From NCBI GenBank assembly GCA_034432095.1, contig DAOUCV010000021.1:4262-68261 (forward strand): a stretch of DNA of 64,000 nt, given 5' to 3'. Below the pieces are notes generated by a model. It made no database searches. It saw only the letters and a list, made by a program, of their open reading frames with translations, and was not told the origin of the DNA. The position numbers were made by a program, and so were the translations under genes. Numbering within the stretch: position 1 is the first letter of the stretch; each line of letters opens with the position of its first letter. Below are positions 19,225-28,851 of the stretch, one piece after another. The DNA is from Dehalococcoidales bacterium (GTDB lineage: Bacteria; Chloroflexota; Dehalococcoidia; Dehalococcoidales; UBA2162).

Positions 19225-20448
19225 CTAGTTTATTGCCCCTAGTTTTCGCAGTTCTGAGATGTCCTTTTCACTGTAACCCAAGCTTTTGAGAATTTCTTCC
19301 GTATGTTGACCGGGGAGAGGAGCTACCCCTCTAATCCGTCCTGGCGTCTCTGACAACTTTATGGTAATTCCGGGATGTTTTATCTTCCCCAGAGTTGGGT
19401 GGTCGACTTCCACGATCATCTTCCGGTGAAGCAGGTGAGGGTCAGAGAGTACTTCGTCAAACCTGTAGACCGGGCCAACGCACGTATCCGCCTCCCGCAG
19501 GATATGCAACCATTCATCCCTTGTCTTCGTGCGAAAAACCTCCTGAAAGGCGGAAAGTATTTGGTGCCGTTTTTCAAGCATCTCCTGTGTGTCGGGGGCG
19601 TACACTCCTATCGCTCTATGGTACGGCAGGAATTCTTCTAAACCCAGCGCTTTACAAAGCCGCTCCCAGAACCAGGGCTCTCCGGGGGCAATATTGATAT
19701 ATTTGCCGTCCTTAGTTTCGAAAACGAGTGCCGGTCTTTCACCTAACTGTGGCTGCCTCCCGCTCATAAAGAATTGAGGTCCGTGACGTATCATCATGAA
19801 CAAAACGAGAGCGTCGACCATGGATGTGTCGACAAATTGCCCCTTCCCGGTCTTTTCTCTGGCAATAAGTGCCAGAAGGATTCCGATGGCGGCCTGCATA
19901 CCTCCTCCGGCGAAGTCACCTATCGGAATACCTGGTATAACGTGGCGACCGTCAGGAGTGCCAGTAATGCCTAAAATACCGGCCATTGATATGTAGTTAG
20001 TATCGTGTCCGGGGAAGAACCGATAGGGACCATCATGCCCATAGCCGGTAACGGAACAACAAATAATTCTTGGATTAATCACCTTAAGAGTATCATAGTC
20101 TACGCCAAGGCGCTTTGTTACCCCCGGCCTGAACTCGTCGATAACAATGTCCGCTGTTTTGGCAAGCTTGTAAAAAATATCCCTACCCTGTTGCGTCTTC
20201 AGGTTTAGACATATACTCCTCTTCCCGCGCTCATCAAATTGGTAAGCAGCGGCTATTTCCCTTCTTCTTTCTTCCTCTTTGGTGATTCTGTTACTATCTG
20301 CCGCAGTCGCTCTTAGCCCAAGACGAGACTGAGGTTGTTCAATTTTGATTGCATCAGCTCCCATGTCAACCAGAAACATCACAGCCAGCGACCCGGTCGG
20401 GAATGTGGTTAAATCTAGCACCTTTATGTGGTCTAGAACTAGCATCAA
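19225..20448 (-). CDS. family III CoA-transferase (CaiB/BaiF), copy 2
   Basis: IKVLDLTT...DMGADAIKIE, Asp block PIGDFAGG, and PGQHTEEIL. Confidence 0.9.
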   Translation of the reverse strand: MMLVLDHIKVLDLTTFPTGSLAVMFLVDMGADAIKIEQPQSRLGLRATAADSNRITKEEERRREIAAAYQFDERGKRSICLNLKTQQGRDIFYKLAKTADIVIDEFRPGVTKRLGVDYDTLKVINPRIICCSVTGYGHDGPYRFFPGHDTNYISMAGILGITGTPDGRHVIPGIPIGDFAGGGMQAAIGILLALIAREKTGKGQFVDTSMVDALVLFMMIRHGPQFFMSGRQPQLGERPALVFETKDGKYINIAPGEPWFWERLCKALGLEEFLPYHRAIGVYAPDTQEMLEKRHQILSAFQEVFRTKTRDEWLHILREADTCVGPVYRFDEVLSDPHLLHRKMIVEVDHPTLGKIKHPGITIKLSETPGRIRGVAPLPGQHTEEILKSLGYSEKDISELRKLGAIN

Positions 20449-20737
20449 ATCACTCCTGTTTATGAAGTTTTATGAAATCAATTGCTATTCTGCCCCTACC
20501 CAGGGTTGTGTTTTGATGGCGGAAGTCGTTTACTTGACAAGTCACTCAGCAGTGGTAAACCTATCCGGTTCAAGTAAACAACCGTTAGTCCCTGCACTCT
20601 AGAGCAATATCACAATTGCATCGCCCACCGGCACAAACAAACGTGATTGTATCACGTTGCTGGACGTTACGTCAACAGGCAGAGCATAGTAAGGGCGTAA
20701 ACGTGAGGATACTAAACACCAAACAGGGACGGGGGAC

Positions 20738-20766
20738 TTGACAGCATAGTCACGCGAATGTATAGT
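20738..20766 (+). promoter_or_regulatory. near-consensus sigma70-like promoter, ~460 nt upstream of the dppB-like gene
   Basis: TTGACA (20738-20743), 17-nt spacer, TATAGT (20761-20766). Confidence 0.55.
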
Positions 20767-21228
20767 TTCAGACAAGGTCACAATAGGATTGAAGGGCGAG
20801 CAAAGTTATGGGACCGGGCTTTCTGTGGTGAGAGGCATCTCCGGTGATAGAAAAGGAGCTGGCAAGCGGTATCCTGAGGTCAACTTTGTAGGTCATGAGG
20901 TATTCGGCCAAGCCGTGGGGCAGATGAAAGAGAAGTGCTCGTGGCCCTTCTGGGTTAAGATTAAGCAAAATAGGTGTGACGCAGTCACATCTGGAGTCGG
21001 TTGCTGAGGGAGCGCATGCGTGCAGTTACACGAGCAAGCATTGCGGTTGGGAAGTTAGGCGCTCTTTCTGAAACTCTCGTTTCTGACGGTTTCGCCGGAC
21101 AAGCGTACTTTACATGGTACCCAGTGTCGTAATAAAGGTGACGGGGATGGACTCCGGTCAAGACAGCAGGGCTCCGGGTGAGCTTTCGCCAGACTAATTA
21201 ACAGAACCATTTAGGTAAGGGGAATGAT

Positions 21229-22218
21229 TTGATAACCTATGCCATTAGGAGATTACTGCTAATAATACCGACTCTCATCATAATAACTGCTATTGTCTTT
21301 CTCATTGTACGCTTCGTTCCGGGCAGTGTCATCGACCTGATACAGGCTGAGATGGCACAGGCGAGCGGGACCGGCGTGTTTGACCGTGCCGCGGTTGAGC
21401 GCGAGCTGGGGCTGGACGTGCCTATTTATGTTCAATATGGGCGGTGGATGGGGTTTCTCCCTTTCCCCGAGAAGGGTTTTAGTGGTGTTCTTCAGGGCGA
21501 CCTCGGGACTTCCATTCGTAGCCACCAGTCCGTGACCGAGGAGTTATTGCGCAGATTGCCAGTAACAATTGAACTTGGCTTGCTGGCTATGCTGTTCGGG
21601 GCATTGGTAAGCCTGCCCGTAGGTGTATTCTCAGCGATACGGCAGGATACCATCGGTGACTATCTCGGGCGTACCGTTGCCATAATCGGTATCTCCCTTC
21701 CCGCCTTCTGGGTGGGGACTTTAGTGATGTTGTATCCCTCAATCTGGTGGGGTTGGTCGCCACCGATGGCGCTCATCTCCTTTACCGAGAATCCGATAGG
21801 AAACCTGGGGATGTTCATAATACCAGCGATGATTACGGGCTTGGCGCTCGCGGGAGCAAGTATGAGAATGACGCGGACCATGATGCTCGAGGTGCTGAGA
21901 CAGGATTACATTAGGACAGCCTGGTCAAAGGGACTCAGCGAGAGAATGGTCATTGCGAGGCACGCCTTGAAGAATGCGTTAATCCCGGTGGTCACCATAG
22001 TTGGGCTTCAGTTACCCCTTTTGGTTGGAGGCGCGGTTATCGTAGAACAAATATTTTGCCTGCCCGGAATAGGTCGTCTGATGTTGACTGCTATCAATCA
22101 AAGAGACTACCCCATGGTTTCCGGACTAAATCTGTTTATCGCTGGGTTTGTGTTGGTAGTCAATCTGGCTGTTGACCTGACCTACGGCTTTTTAGACCCT
22201 AGAGTCCGTTACAAGTAG
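21229..22218 (+). CDS. ABC transporter permease, DppB/OppB-like
   Basis: N-terminus ITYAIRRLLLIIPTL and an EAA-type loop (DYIRTAWSKGLSERMVIARHALKNA). TTG start. Confidence 0.9.
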   Translation: MITYAIRRLLLIIPTLIIITAIVFLIVRFVPGSVIDLIQAEMAQASGTGVFDRAAVERELGLDVPIYVQYGRWMGFLPFPEKGFSGVLQGDLGTSIRSHQSVTEELLRRLPVTIELGLLAMLFGALVSLPVGVFSAIRQDTIGDYLGRTVAIIGISLPAFWVGTLVMLYPSIWWGWSPPMALISFTENPIGNLGMFIIPAMITGLALAGASMRMTRTMMLEVLRQDYIRTAWSKGLSERMVIARHALKNALIPVVTIVGLQLPLLVGGAVIVEQIFCLPGIGRLMLTAINQRDYPMVSGLNLFIAGFVLVVNLAVDLTYGFLDPRVRYK

Positions 22219-22231
22219 AGAAGAATAAAGG

Positions 22232-23188
22232 GTGAGGAAAATGGCTTACGGGGTTACAGATTCACTCGGCGGGACGATAGTCAAGCTAAAGAGATACCCC
22301 TTTGTCCTTGATTTACTCAGACGGCTGGTGAAAGAGAAGCCAATGGGCACTTTCGGCGGGGCTTTAGTCCTGATACTGCTTTTGAGCGGCGTCTTTGCCG
22401 ACCTTTTAGCCCCTTATGGCATGAACGAAGTTCACCTAGTAGATAGACTGCTTCCGCCATCACCCCAGTACGTCCTGGGCACGGATCAACTAGGGAGAGA
22501 TTTGTTGAGTAACATTATCTACGGGGCTCGTATTTCGGTGATTATCGGCCTGTCCTGCGCTTGTTGTGCCACGCTTATCTCTATAGCTATAGGAGCTGTT
22601 TCAGGGTTGATTGGTGGCAAATTTGACATGGCGGTACAGAGGTTTGTCGACGCCTGCATGTGCATCCCGACGTTACTACTTACCATAACTATCATGTCTT
22701 TAGTGGGGAAGGGCATGCCACAGGTAATAGCTGTTATATCAATAACCATGGGTATTGCCGGCTCAAGGGTAATAAGAAGTGCTGTTATCGGCATCAAAGA
22801 GAATACCTACGTGGAAGCAGCGTACGCTCTTGGTTGTTCCACTTGGAGATTACTTGTCCGGCATATCCTGCCCAATATTCTGGCGCCCGTAATTATCAAT
22901 TTCACACTAATTGTGGGACAGGCGATTATGATCGAAGCCAGTTTGAGCTTCCTTGGTTTTGGTGTTCCTCCCGGGGTTCCTAGCTGGGGGAGCATGCTGA
23001 GTGCAGGAGGACGCCAATTCATGGAGAGGGCACCGCAACTGGCTTTATATCCCGGTCTGGCCTTGGCTTTGACGGTCTACGGTATCAACATGTTTGGCGA
23101 CGCGCTGAGAGACTTAATGGACCCGAGGTTGAGAGGCGGTGTGGGCCGATACAAAAGGGTGGAGAAAATGATAAAGAAAACTAATTGA
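22232..23188 (+). CDS. ABC transporter permease, DppC/OppC-like
   Basis: LGTDQLGRDLLS and EAAYALGCSTWRLLVRHILPN. The start is GTG 22232 or ATG 22241. Confidence 0.9.
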   Translation: MRKMAYGVTDSLGGTIVKLKRYPFVLDLLRRLVKEKPMGTFGGALVLILLLSGVFADLLAPYGMNEVHLVDRLLPPSPQYVLGTDQLGRDLLSNIIYGARISVIIGLSCACCATLISIAIGAVSGLIGGKFDMAVQRFVDACMCIPTLLLTITIMSLVGKGMPQVIAVISITMGIAGSRVIRSAVIGIKENTYVEAAYALGCSTWRLLVRHILPNILAPVIINFTLIVGQAIMIEASLSFLGFGVPPGVPSWGSMLSAGGRQFMERAPQLALYPGLALALTVYGINMFGDALRDLMDPRLRGGVGRYKRVEKMIKKTN

Positions 23189-23392
23189 TCAAGAAGGTGA
23201 GCAAAAAGATAAGTCAGATTAATCCTTATCTCATGACCAAGGGTGGTTCGTTTCCCCACACAGGACAGTAAGCATCGCTTCTAGGCTCGATGAGATCCTT
23301 CCCGAGGACATCCAAAAAAAGGTCATGCACCTAAAACTCGGGGGATTATGTGGTGATTCTTTGATTACTTGTGTCTTGGCACTTAAGCCTAC

Positions 23393-24271
23393 TCACACTG
23401 AAGCCCAGTGCTTGTCTCCAACAGGGAATCTACAATGCAGACTTGGACATCCTTGACAGCTGCGGAGACGTAATGGTGGTAGTTTGGCTCCCTTAGACTG
23501 CTCGACAAAATTGATTGCCTTTTTGACTTGTTCCTCATTGCCCCTTATGATTAAAGTTATCGCTCCCTCTGCCCCGCCTAATCCACCGGCAGCTATAGGC
23601 ACGGCAATAGCTCCACTTAAGATTCCGATAGCATCCATTTCAGTTACCGTTTCCCCGCCCGGACAGGGGAATAGCCCGGTGGCTAAGCCCATGGCATAAT
23701 CATACATAGCCGGTTTTGCCTCCTTCGAAGCCTGGCTTATGGGGATAGGTATCAATTTCTCCAATCCAACGGGGAAGACCAAATGAAATGATATTTTTCT
23801 CCAAGTAGACAGTATTAGGCCTAATGACCCCCCTGCCGCAGGATCACCTATTAGGATACCCACGTTACCCTGGGGGTCCAAGGCATTTACTCCTTTGATA
23901 AAAACATCCGCGGGTCTCATCTGTTCCAATAATTCTGAAATCTCCTCTTCTCCTGTTGAAAGCTTCCCATTTCTAATCACCCACCAAGAGCGGAACCCTC
24001 TCGGACCGCTGGGGGTACTGGTACTCCGTGGAGGAGAGTCTAGCATTCCCATTTCGACGCAGTTTCCCCTAGGAGTCACCACGCCGCAAACCCAGTAATT
24101 AGTCTTGGGCTTAGTCCCGGTGATCTCCTCGACAATGAAGTACGTACTACTACTAGGATGCAACACAATCATTCCCTCTGTTGCTGCCTTTCTGACGATA
24201 TCCATATTGGCAACGCCTTTGGCAATCAGTTTTTTCGATTCGGCAGGAATAAGGGTGACCTGGGCTAACAT
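23393..24271 (-). CDS. hypothetical protein, 292 aa, with a C-terminal Cys cluster
   Basis: Good RBS (AAAGGAGGA) and an uninterrupted ORF with a protein-like composition. C-terminal C-x2-C-x4-C (SCQGCPSLHC). I cannot assign a family. Confidence 0.55.
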   Translation of the reverse strand: MLAQVTLIPAESKKLIAKGVANMDIVRKAATEGMIVLHPSSSTYFIVEEITGTKPKTNYWVCGVVTPRGNCVEMGMLDSPPRSTSTPSGPRGFRSWWVIRNGKLSTGEEEISELLEQMRPADVFIKGVNALDPQGNVGILIGDPAAGGSLGLILSTWRKISFHLVFPVGLEKLIPIPISQASKEAKPAMYDYAMGLATGLFPCPGGETVTEMDAIGILSGAIAVPIAAGGLGGAEGAITLIIRGNEEQVKKAINFVEQSKGAKLPPLRLRSCQGCPSLHCRFPVGDKHWASV

Positions 24272-24305
24272 ATGCTCCTCCTTTACAACGGGTTATGTTA
24301 ATTGG

Positions 24306-24584
24306 TTATGGGGTAAAGCTCACCCCATAACTTGATTGTTTTCCCTGGAATATCTCCCAATCGTCTCGATTATACCACGGAGTCCCTGGTTTGGGTAGAT
24401 TATTGACCTCTTCCCTAGTCCAGCTTATGAAGTGTTTCGTAAAACCGCCGCCGATAACCACGAGGTATCGTCCTCGCATCGCTTCAACATATTCCACTGC
24501 GCCGGCTCGTCTCACGTCGCCTCCCCCGGTAACCCTTTTTCTGAGGCAACAATAATTAATTAGGTCAATTCGCTGATTTGACAA
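24306..24584 (-). CDS. hypothetical small protein (start uncertain)
   Basis: ORF lying 34 nt upstream of 23393-24271 on the same strand. An internal GTG (the V of GDVRRAG) is preceded by GGGGGAGG. No recognisable motif. Confidence 0.3.
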   Translation of the reverse strand: MSNQRIDLINYCCLRKRVTGGGDVRRAGAVEYVEAMRGRYLVVIGGGFTKHFISWTREEVNNLPKPGTPWYNRDDWEIFQGKQSSYGVSFTP

Positions 24585-24839
24585 TACTTGGATTAAATAT
24601 ATAAAATGAATCGCCGTCGCACTAAAAGTGGATTCAATAGATCCCGGCTATACCAGCAGTTATATGAATCAGGGATGCGCAAAGCGGAGTAGCTACGGGC
24701 TATCTCCAATTTCCCGAAATGCATTTTGACCGGTTGCATAGATAAAGTGCATAAATGGAAAGGAGGAAATGGGAACGCGAGTTTGTAGCAATTGAAAGAA
24801 GAAATCCCAGCGTAGAATATAAAAAAGGAGAGAAGAATC

Positions 24840-25922
24840 ATGAAGTACGTGGATTTTGAAAGTCCTGAACAGTACCAAGATATCAAATATGAACCAGGGA
24901 GGGTCACTCGAATAATACTGAATAGGCCACGATATCTGAATGCCATCAGCCACCCCATGTATGCCGAGATCGACGATGCCTTCGAACGCTTCGCCGCTGA
25001 CCCAGAGTGCAAAGTAGCTGTCATTTCCGGAGCGGGCCCATGTTTCTCCGCTGGGCACGATGTTATGGGGCTTACACCAGAGTCAGCACCCATGTTGGCA
25101 GACAGGAGAACTCCTGAGCAATTAATGAAGCAATTCGGGTCCGAAAAGAAGGTCTGGCTACAGTATGACGAGGAACACCGTTACTTCTTGTTCGATTTGC
25201 ACCTCTATAAATTGCACCGCATTCCAAAGCCGACTATCGCCATGGTGCACGGGTATTGCATATATGGGGGATTTGCCCTAGCCGGAATAATGGACGTAAT
25301 CTTTGCTTCCGAGGATGCCTTGTTCCTGGGCGTGACCGGTCAGACTGACCCAGGAACATGGGACATGGGTGTGCGTAAAGTGATGGAGGTCATGTTAGAG
25401 CACCGCTTTATGACTGCCCGTGAATGCTACGAATATCACTTTATCAACCGCATCTTCCCTGACTACGAAACTCTGGAGAGGGAGACCCTCGCCTTTGCAG
25501 ACCGCGTCGCTGACAATGTTGGAGAGGGGAATCCAAAGATAGCTTTATATCATACGAGAGACATCCAGGGCTACACCAGGGCATTGGAGGAAAACTGGGC
25601 ACGCAGTGACTGGAAGAAAGGGGGGCGCATTCCATATTCCGGGTCGGCACAACACGGTATGAGATATGAAGGAAGAGGCGTTGCTCGGGCCCCTCGGGCT
25701 TTGGCCAACCTAAAGGCAAAGCTCGAGTCAGAAGGAAAGGAAGTGCCCAAGCTGGTCCTTGAGGCGTTAGCTAGAGCCAGTTCTAGGGATGATAAGGCAG
25801 TCTGGCAGAGGGCACTCCATCAGGAGTGGAGAGAGAAAGAGCGGATAGCCAGAGCGGAAAAAGAGGCTAAGGAATGGGAGGAAAAGGAGAGAGGAAAAAG
25901 TAGTCGCAAAGCCTCAAAATGA
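24840..25922 (+). CDS. enoyl-CoA hydratase/isomerase (crotonase) family protein with a Lys/Glu-rich C-terminal tail
   Basis: ILNRPRYLNAIS...VAVISGAGPCFSAGHD. RBS AAAAGGAGAG. About 90 aa of charged low-complexity tail (EKERIARAEKEAKEWEEKERGK). Confidence 0.8.
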   Translation: MKYVDFESPEQYQDIKYEPGRVTRIILNRPRYLNAISHPMYAEIDDAFERFAADPECKVAVISGAGPCFSAGHDVMGLTPESAPMLADRRTPEQLMKQFGSEKKVWLQYDEEHRYFLFDLHLYKLHRIPKPTIAMVHGYCIYGGFALAGIMDVIFASEDALFLGVTGQTDPGTWDMGVRKVMEVMLEHRFMTARECYEYHFINRIFPDYETLERETLAFADRVADNVGEGNPKIALYHTRDIQGYTRALEENWARSDWKKGGRIPYSGSAQHGMRYEGRGVARAPRALANLKAKLESEGKEVPKLVLEALARASSRDDKAVWQRALHQEWREKERIARAEKEAKEWEEKERGKSSRKASK

Positions 25923-26113
25923 GCTCCTGAACTCAGAAAACAGAGCCGCGCAAAGAAGAGGGTTAATGAACTGCCTGGGGACTACCATTAGGGTGCTCTA
26001 GCAATACCTCAAGGGCGGCTCTGTTAAATAAGAGAGAAACTAGGTGAAAGGCTAATTTGTTGTATAGGGGTTACATCTTAAACTATCTGATGTAGGGAAA
26101 GGAGGGAGTGGGG

Positions 26114-27394
26114 ATGAGTCAAAAGAAAGAGGTTGGCAACTCAAGAAGCTCGTCCGCGAATGCTAGCAATGGTGCCCTTTCTGGGCTGAAAGTTAGAGAG
26201 ATAGGTAACAATGTGGCTGTAGCCTATTGTTGCAAGCTTTTGGCTGACATGGGTGCAGAGGTGATAAAGGTGGAGGACCCTGCGACCGCCAACCTTGATA
26301 GACAGGAAGGGTCTATCTGGTGTGATGACAGGGAGGGTGGGGATGTGGGATGCTTATTCGCCTATGTGAACAGTAACAAGCTTGGGGTCACTTTGAACCT
26401 GGAGACTGAGTTAGGGAAAAGCATACTGTATGACTTGGTGCGGGATGCTGATATTCTGGTGGAAGGTAACTCCCCACGAAAAGCTAAGGAGATGGGATTG
26501 GGCTACGAACGTCTCAGCCAGATTAATAATATGCTGGTGGTGACCTCAATAACACCCTTTGGCCAAACTGGCCCATATCGGGAGTACAAAGCCTATGCTA
26601 TTAATTGTAGCGCTGCAGGCGGTGCTAGCAAGTCAATAGGGGAGCTCGGCCGCGAGCCGTTGTCTGTACCGCTGTATCAGCCCCATTTTCAGAGCGGCCT
26701 TATGGCAGCAGCCGCGACGCTTGGGGCTATCCTTGCTCGCGACTCTATTGGTCGTGGGCAACATATTGATATCGGTGAGACTGAGGTTTGGCTTACACAT
26801 CTGGCTGGGTATGGACTGCATGGTTTTGTTTTCTACGAGCAAAAAGTGATAAGAAAAGGCCGTACAATGGCGGGCCTCTTCCCCAACGGGATTCTTGAGT
26901 GTAAAGACGGAGAAGTTTCCTTTAGCACCAACACAGGGCGCCAGTGGAAACACTTTTTGGAGATCGTGGGTGATGGTGAGATACCGAGCTGGTATTCTTC
27001 AAATCCTGTATATACTAACACAAACTTTCAGGAGCTCCATAGAAAGTATGGGGACGAGCTGAGAGCCCGTTTGGAGCCACTATTGAAGCGTAAAACGAGG
27101 GATGAACTCATGGCGCTTGGCCAGGAGAAGCATGTCGCTCTTGCCCCCCTCCGAACCATCGCCGAAGTATTGGAAGACCCTCATCTTAACGCGAGGGGGT
27201 ATTTTGTGGAGGTGGACGACCCCCGGTTGGGTAGAGTTAAATTCCCCGGGCCGCCTTTCAGACTTGCCAAAACTCCTTGCCGTATTGAGCGTCCAGCGCC
27301 CGTGCCAGGCCAACATAACGAGGAGGTCTACTGTGGCCGTTTGAGCTACTCAAAGAAATATTTAACCGAGCTCAGGCGACAGGGGGTAATATAA
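26114..27394 (+). CDS. family III CoA-transferase homologue, copy 3 (His at the catalytic Asp position)
   Basis: LLADMGAEVIKVE, TSITPFGQTGPY and PGQHNEEV. The block aligned to GTDFMSG of copy 6 reads QPHFQSG. ATG 26114 follows AAGGAGGGA. Confidence 0.85.
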   Translation: MSQKKEVGNSRSSSANASNGALSGLKVREIGNNVAVAYCCKLLADMGAEVIKVEDPATANLDRQEGSIWCDDREGGDVGCLFAYVNSNKLGVTLNLETELGKSILYDLVRDADILVEGNSPRKAKEMGLGYERLSQINNMLVVTSITPFGQTGPYREYKAYAINCSAAGGASKSIGELGREPLSVPLYQPHFQSGLMAAAATLGAILARDSIGRGQHIDIGETEVWLTHLAGYGLHGFVFYEQKVIRKGRTMAGLFPNGILECKDGEVSFSTNTGRQWKHFLEIVGDGEIPSWYSSNPVYTNTNFQELHRKYGDELRARLEPLLKRKTRDELMALGQEKHVALAPLRTIAEVLEDPHLNARGYFVEVDDPRLGRVKFPGPPFRLAKTPCRIERPAPVPGQHNEEVYCGRLSYSKKYLTELRRQGVI

Positions 27395-27583
27395 ATATGG
27401 GGAGTTGTCGAGCGGAGGCCGTTTAAAAATGAAGGGGTATCTGGCGGCTTTTCAGGGTGTCTCTGGAGCTGGAAGATGTCAAAACTCACCAAAAAGGTGG
27501 AGGTGAAGCGTTTTCAAATTGGCCGAAAATGAAGCTAAAATCAAAACTAAACGGCCTCGAGCGGATAAGGAGGTGATAATCAT

Positions 27584-28798
27584 ATGGAAAAGATGATGTA
27601 TCCGCTCAGTGGTTTTCGGGTGGTGGATTTTGGATGGGTAGCTGCAGGCGCTGCCGCCGGCAAGATTTTGGCCGATATGGGTGCCGAAGTGATTAAGGTG
27701 GAGACAAGGACGCGCTTAGATACTACCAGATTCTCGCCAGACAATGTTGAACGGTCTCCGGAGACCGACCCAGGGTTTCACGCCATGAATCGCAATAAGT
27801 TAGGCATTACTGTAGACATGACCAAACCTGAGGGTGTTGAGCTATTGAAAAAACTGGTAAAAGTCAGTGACGTAGTACTTGAGAATTTCGCTCCCGGAGT
27901 AATGAAAAGGTTTGGCTTGGATTATGAGTCTCTACGCCGTGAAAAGCCTGACCTCATTATGGTCTCGATGCCAGGCCTTGGCAGCTGGGGTCCCCAATGG
28001 AACACGATTGCCTATGCGCCGGGTTTAGCTGCCCTCTCTGGACTAACGGGGATGATTGGGTACTATGGCGGAAGAGCCGTGGGCATACACGTAGCATATT
28101 CAGATTTCAATGCTGCTACCAACGCCGCTCTGGCAGTCCTTGCTGCTCTAATCCACCGTAGGCGTACCGGAGAAGGACAATATATTGAGGTGGCACAGCT
28201 TGAGGCCTTAGTCAGCTGCCTCGGCGAGGCGCTGTTGTATTATCAAGTGACAGGCAGGAACCCCGGGACTCAGGGCAATCGACATCCTACGATGGCACCG
28301 CATAACAATTATCGGTGTAAGGGCGAGGACAAGTGGGTATCAATTGCGGTGAAGACAGAGGAAGAATGGAAAAAGCTAGTCCAGGCAATGGGTGACCCAC
28401 CTTCACTGCGAGCGGAGATATTTAACAGCAGGGAGGGCAGGCTTAGTCACCTAGAAGAGTTGGACAGCATCATTACCTCCTGGACGGTTAACTATACGCC
28501 AGATGAGGTCACTGATATCCTCCAAAGTGTTGGTGTAGCCGCCTGTCCCGTTATGGATATCGGGGAGTGTTACCTTAACCCTCATTTCCAGGAAAGGGAA
28601 GATTTTACTTGTGTGGAGCACCCTGCCACAGGGACTGATTTTATCGTTAATCTGCCTTGGAGAATGAGCGAGACGTCAGGCGGAATCTATCGCCCCGCGC
28701 CCATGCTGGGTCAGCATAACCAGTACGTTCTGGGAGATATCCTGGGCTTATCAAAAGACGAGGTCGCAGCTCTCGAGGAGAAGGGGGCACTAAAATAA
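27584..28798 (+). CDS. family III CoA-transferase, copy 4
   Basis: FRVVDFGWVAAGAAAGKILADMGAEVIKVE, Asp block AYSDFNAA, and LGQHNQYVL. Confidence 0.9.
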   Translation: MEKMMYPLSGFRVVDFGWVAAGAAAGKILADMGAEVIKVETRTRLDTTRFSPDNVERSPETDPGFHAMNRNKLGITVDMTKPEGVELLKKLVKVSDVVLENFAPGVMKRFGLDYESLRREKPDLIMVSMPGLGSWGPQWNTIAYAPGLAALSGLTGMIGYYGGRAVGIHVAYSDFNAATNAALAVLAALIHRRRTGEGQYIEVAQLEALVSCLGEALLYYQVTGRNPGTQGNRHPTMAPHNNYRCKGEDKWVSIAVKTEEEWKKLVQAMGDPPSLRAEIFNSREGRLSHLEELDSIITSWTVNYTPDEVTDILQSVGVAACPVMDIGECYLNPHFQEREDFTCVEHPATGTDFIVNLPWRMSETSGGIYRPAPMLGQHNQYVLGDILGLSKDEVAALEEKGALK

Positions 28799-28851
28799 AA
28801 GGCCAAAGTTTCGCCAAGCCTGATCAATAAAAGATAAAGAGGAGGGAAAAG

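Noticed and set aside
20773-21228. Tried to read the long dppBC leader as a cobalamin, TPP, glycine, M-box or RNase P/tmRNA-like RNA.
   Set aside because: None of the core consensus boxes I know (B12 box, CUGAGA...ACCUGAUCUGG, GGAGAG...CCGAAGG, RNase P GAGGAAAGUCC) is present. It is reported only as an unexplained leader.
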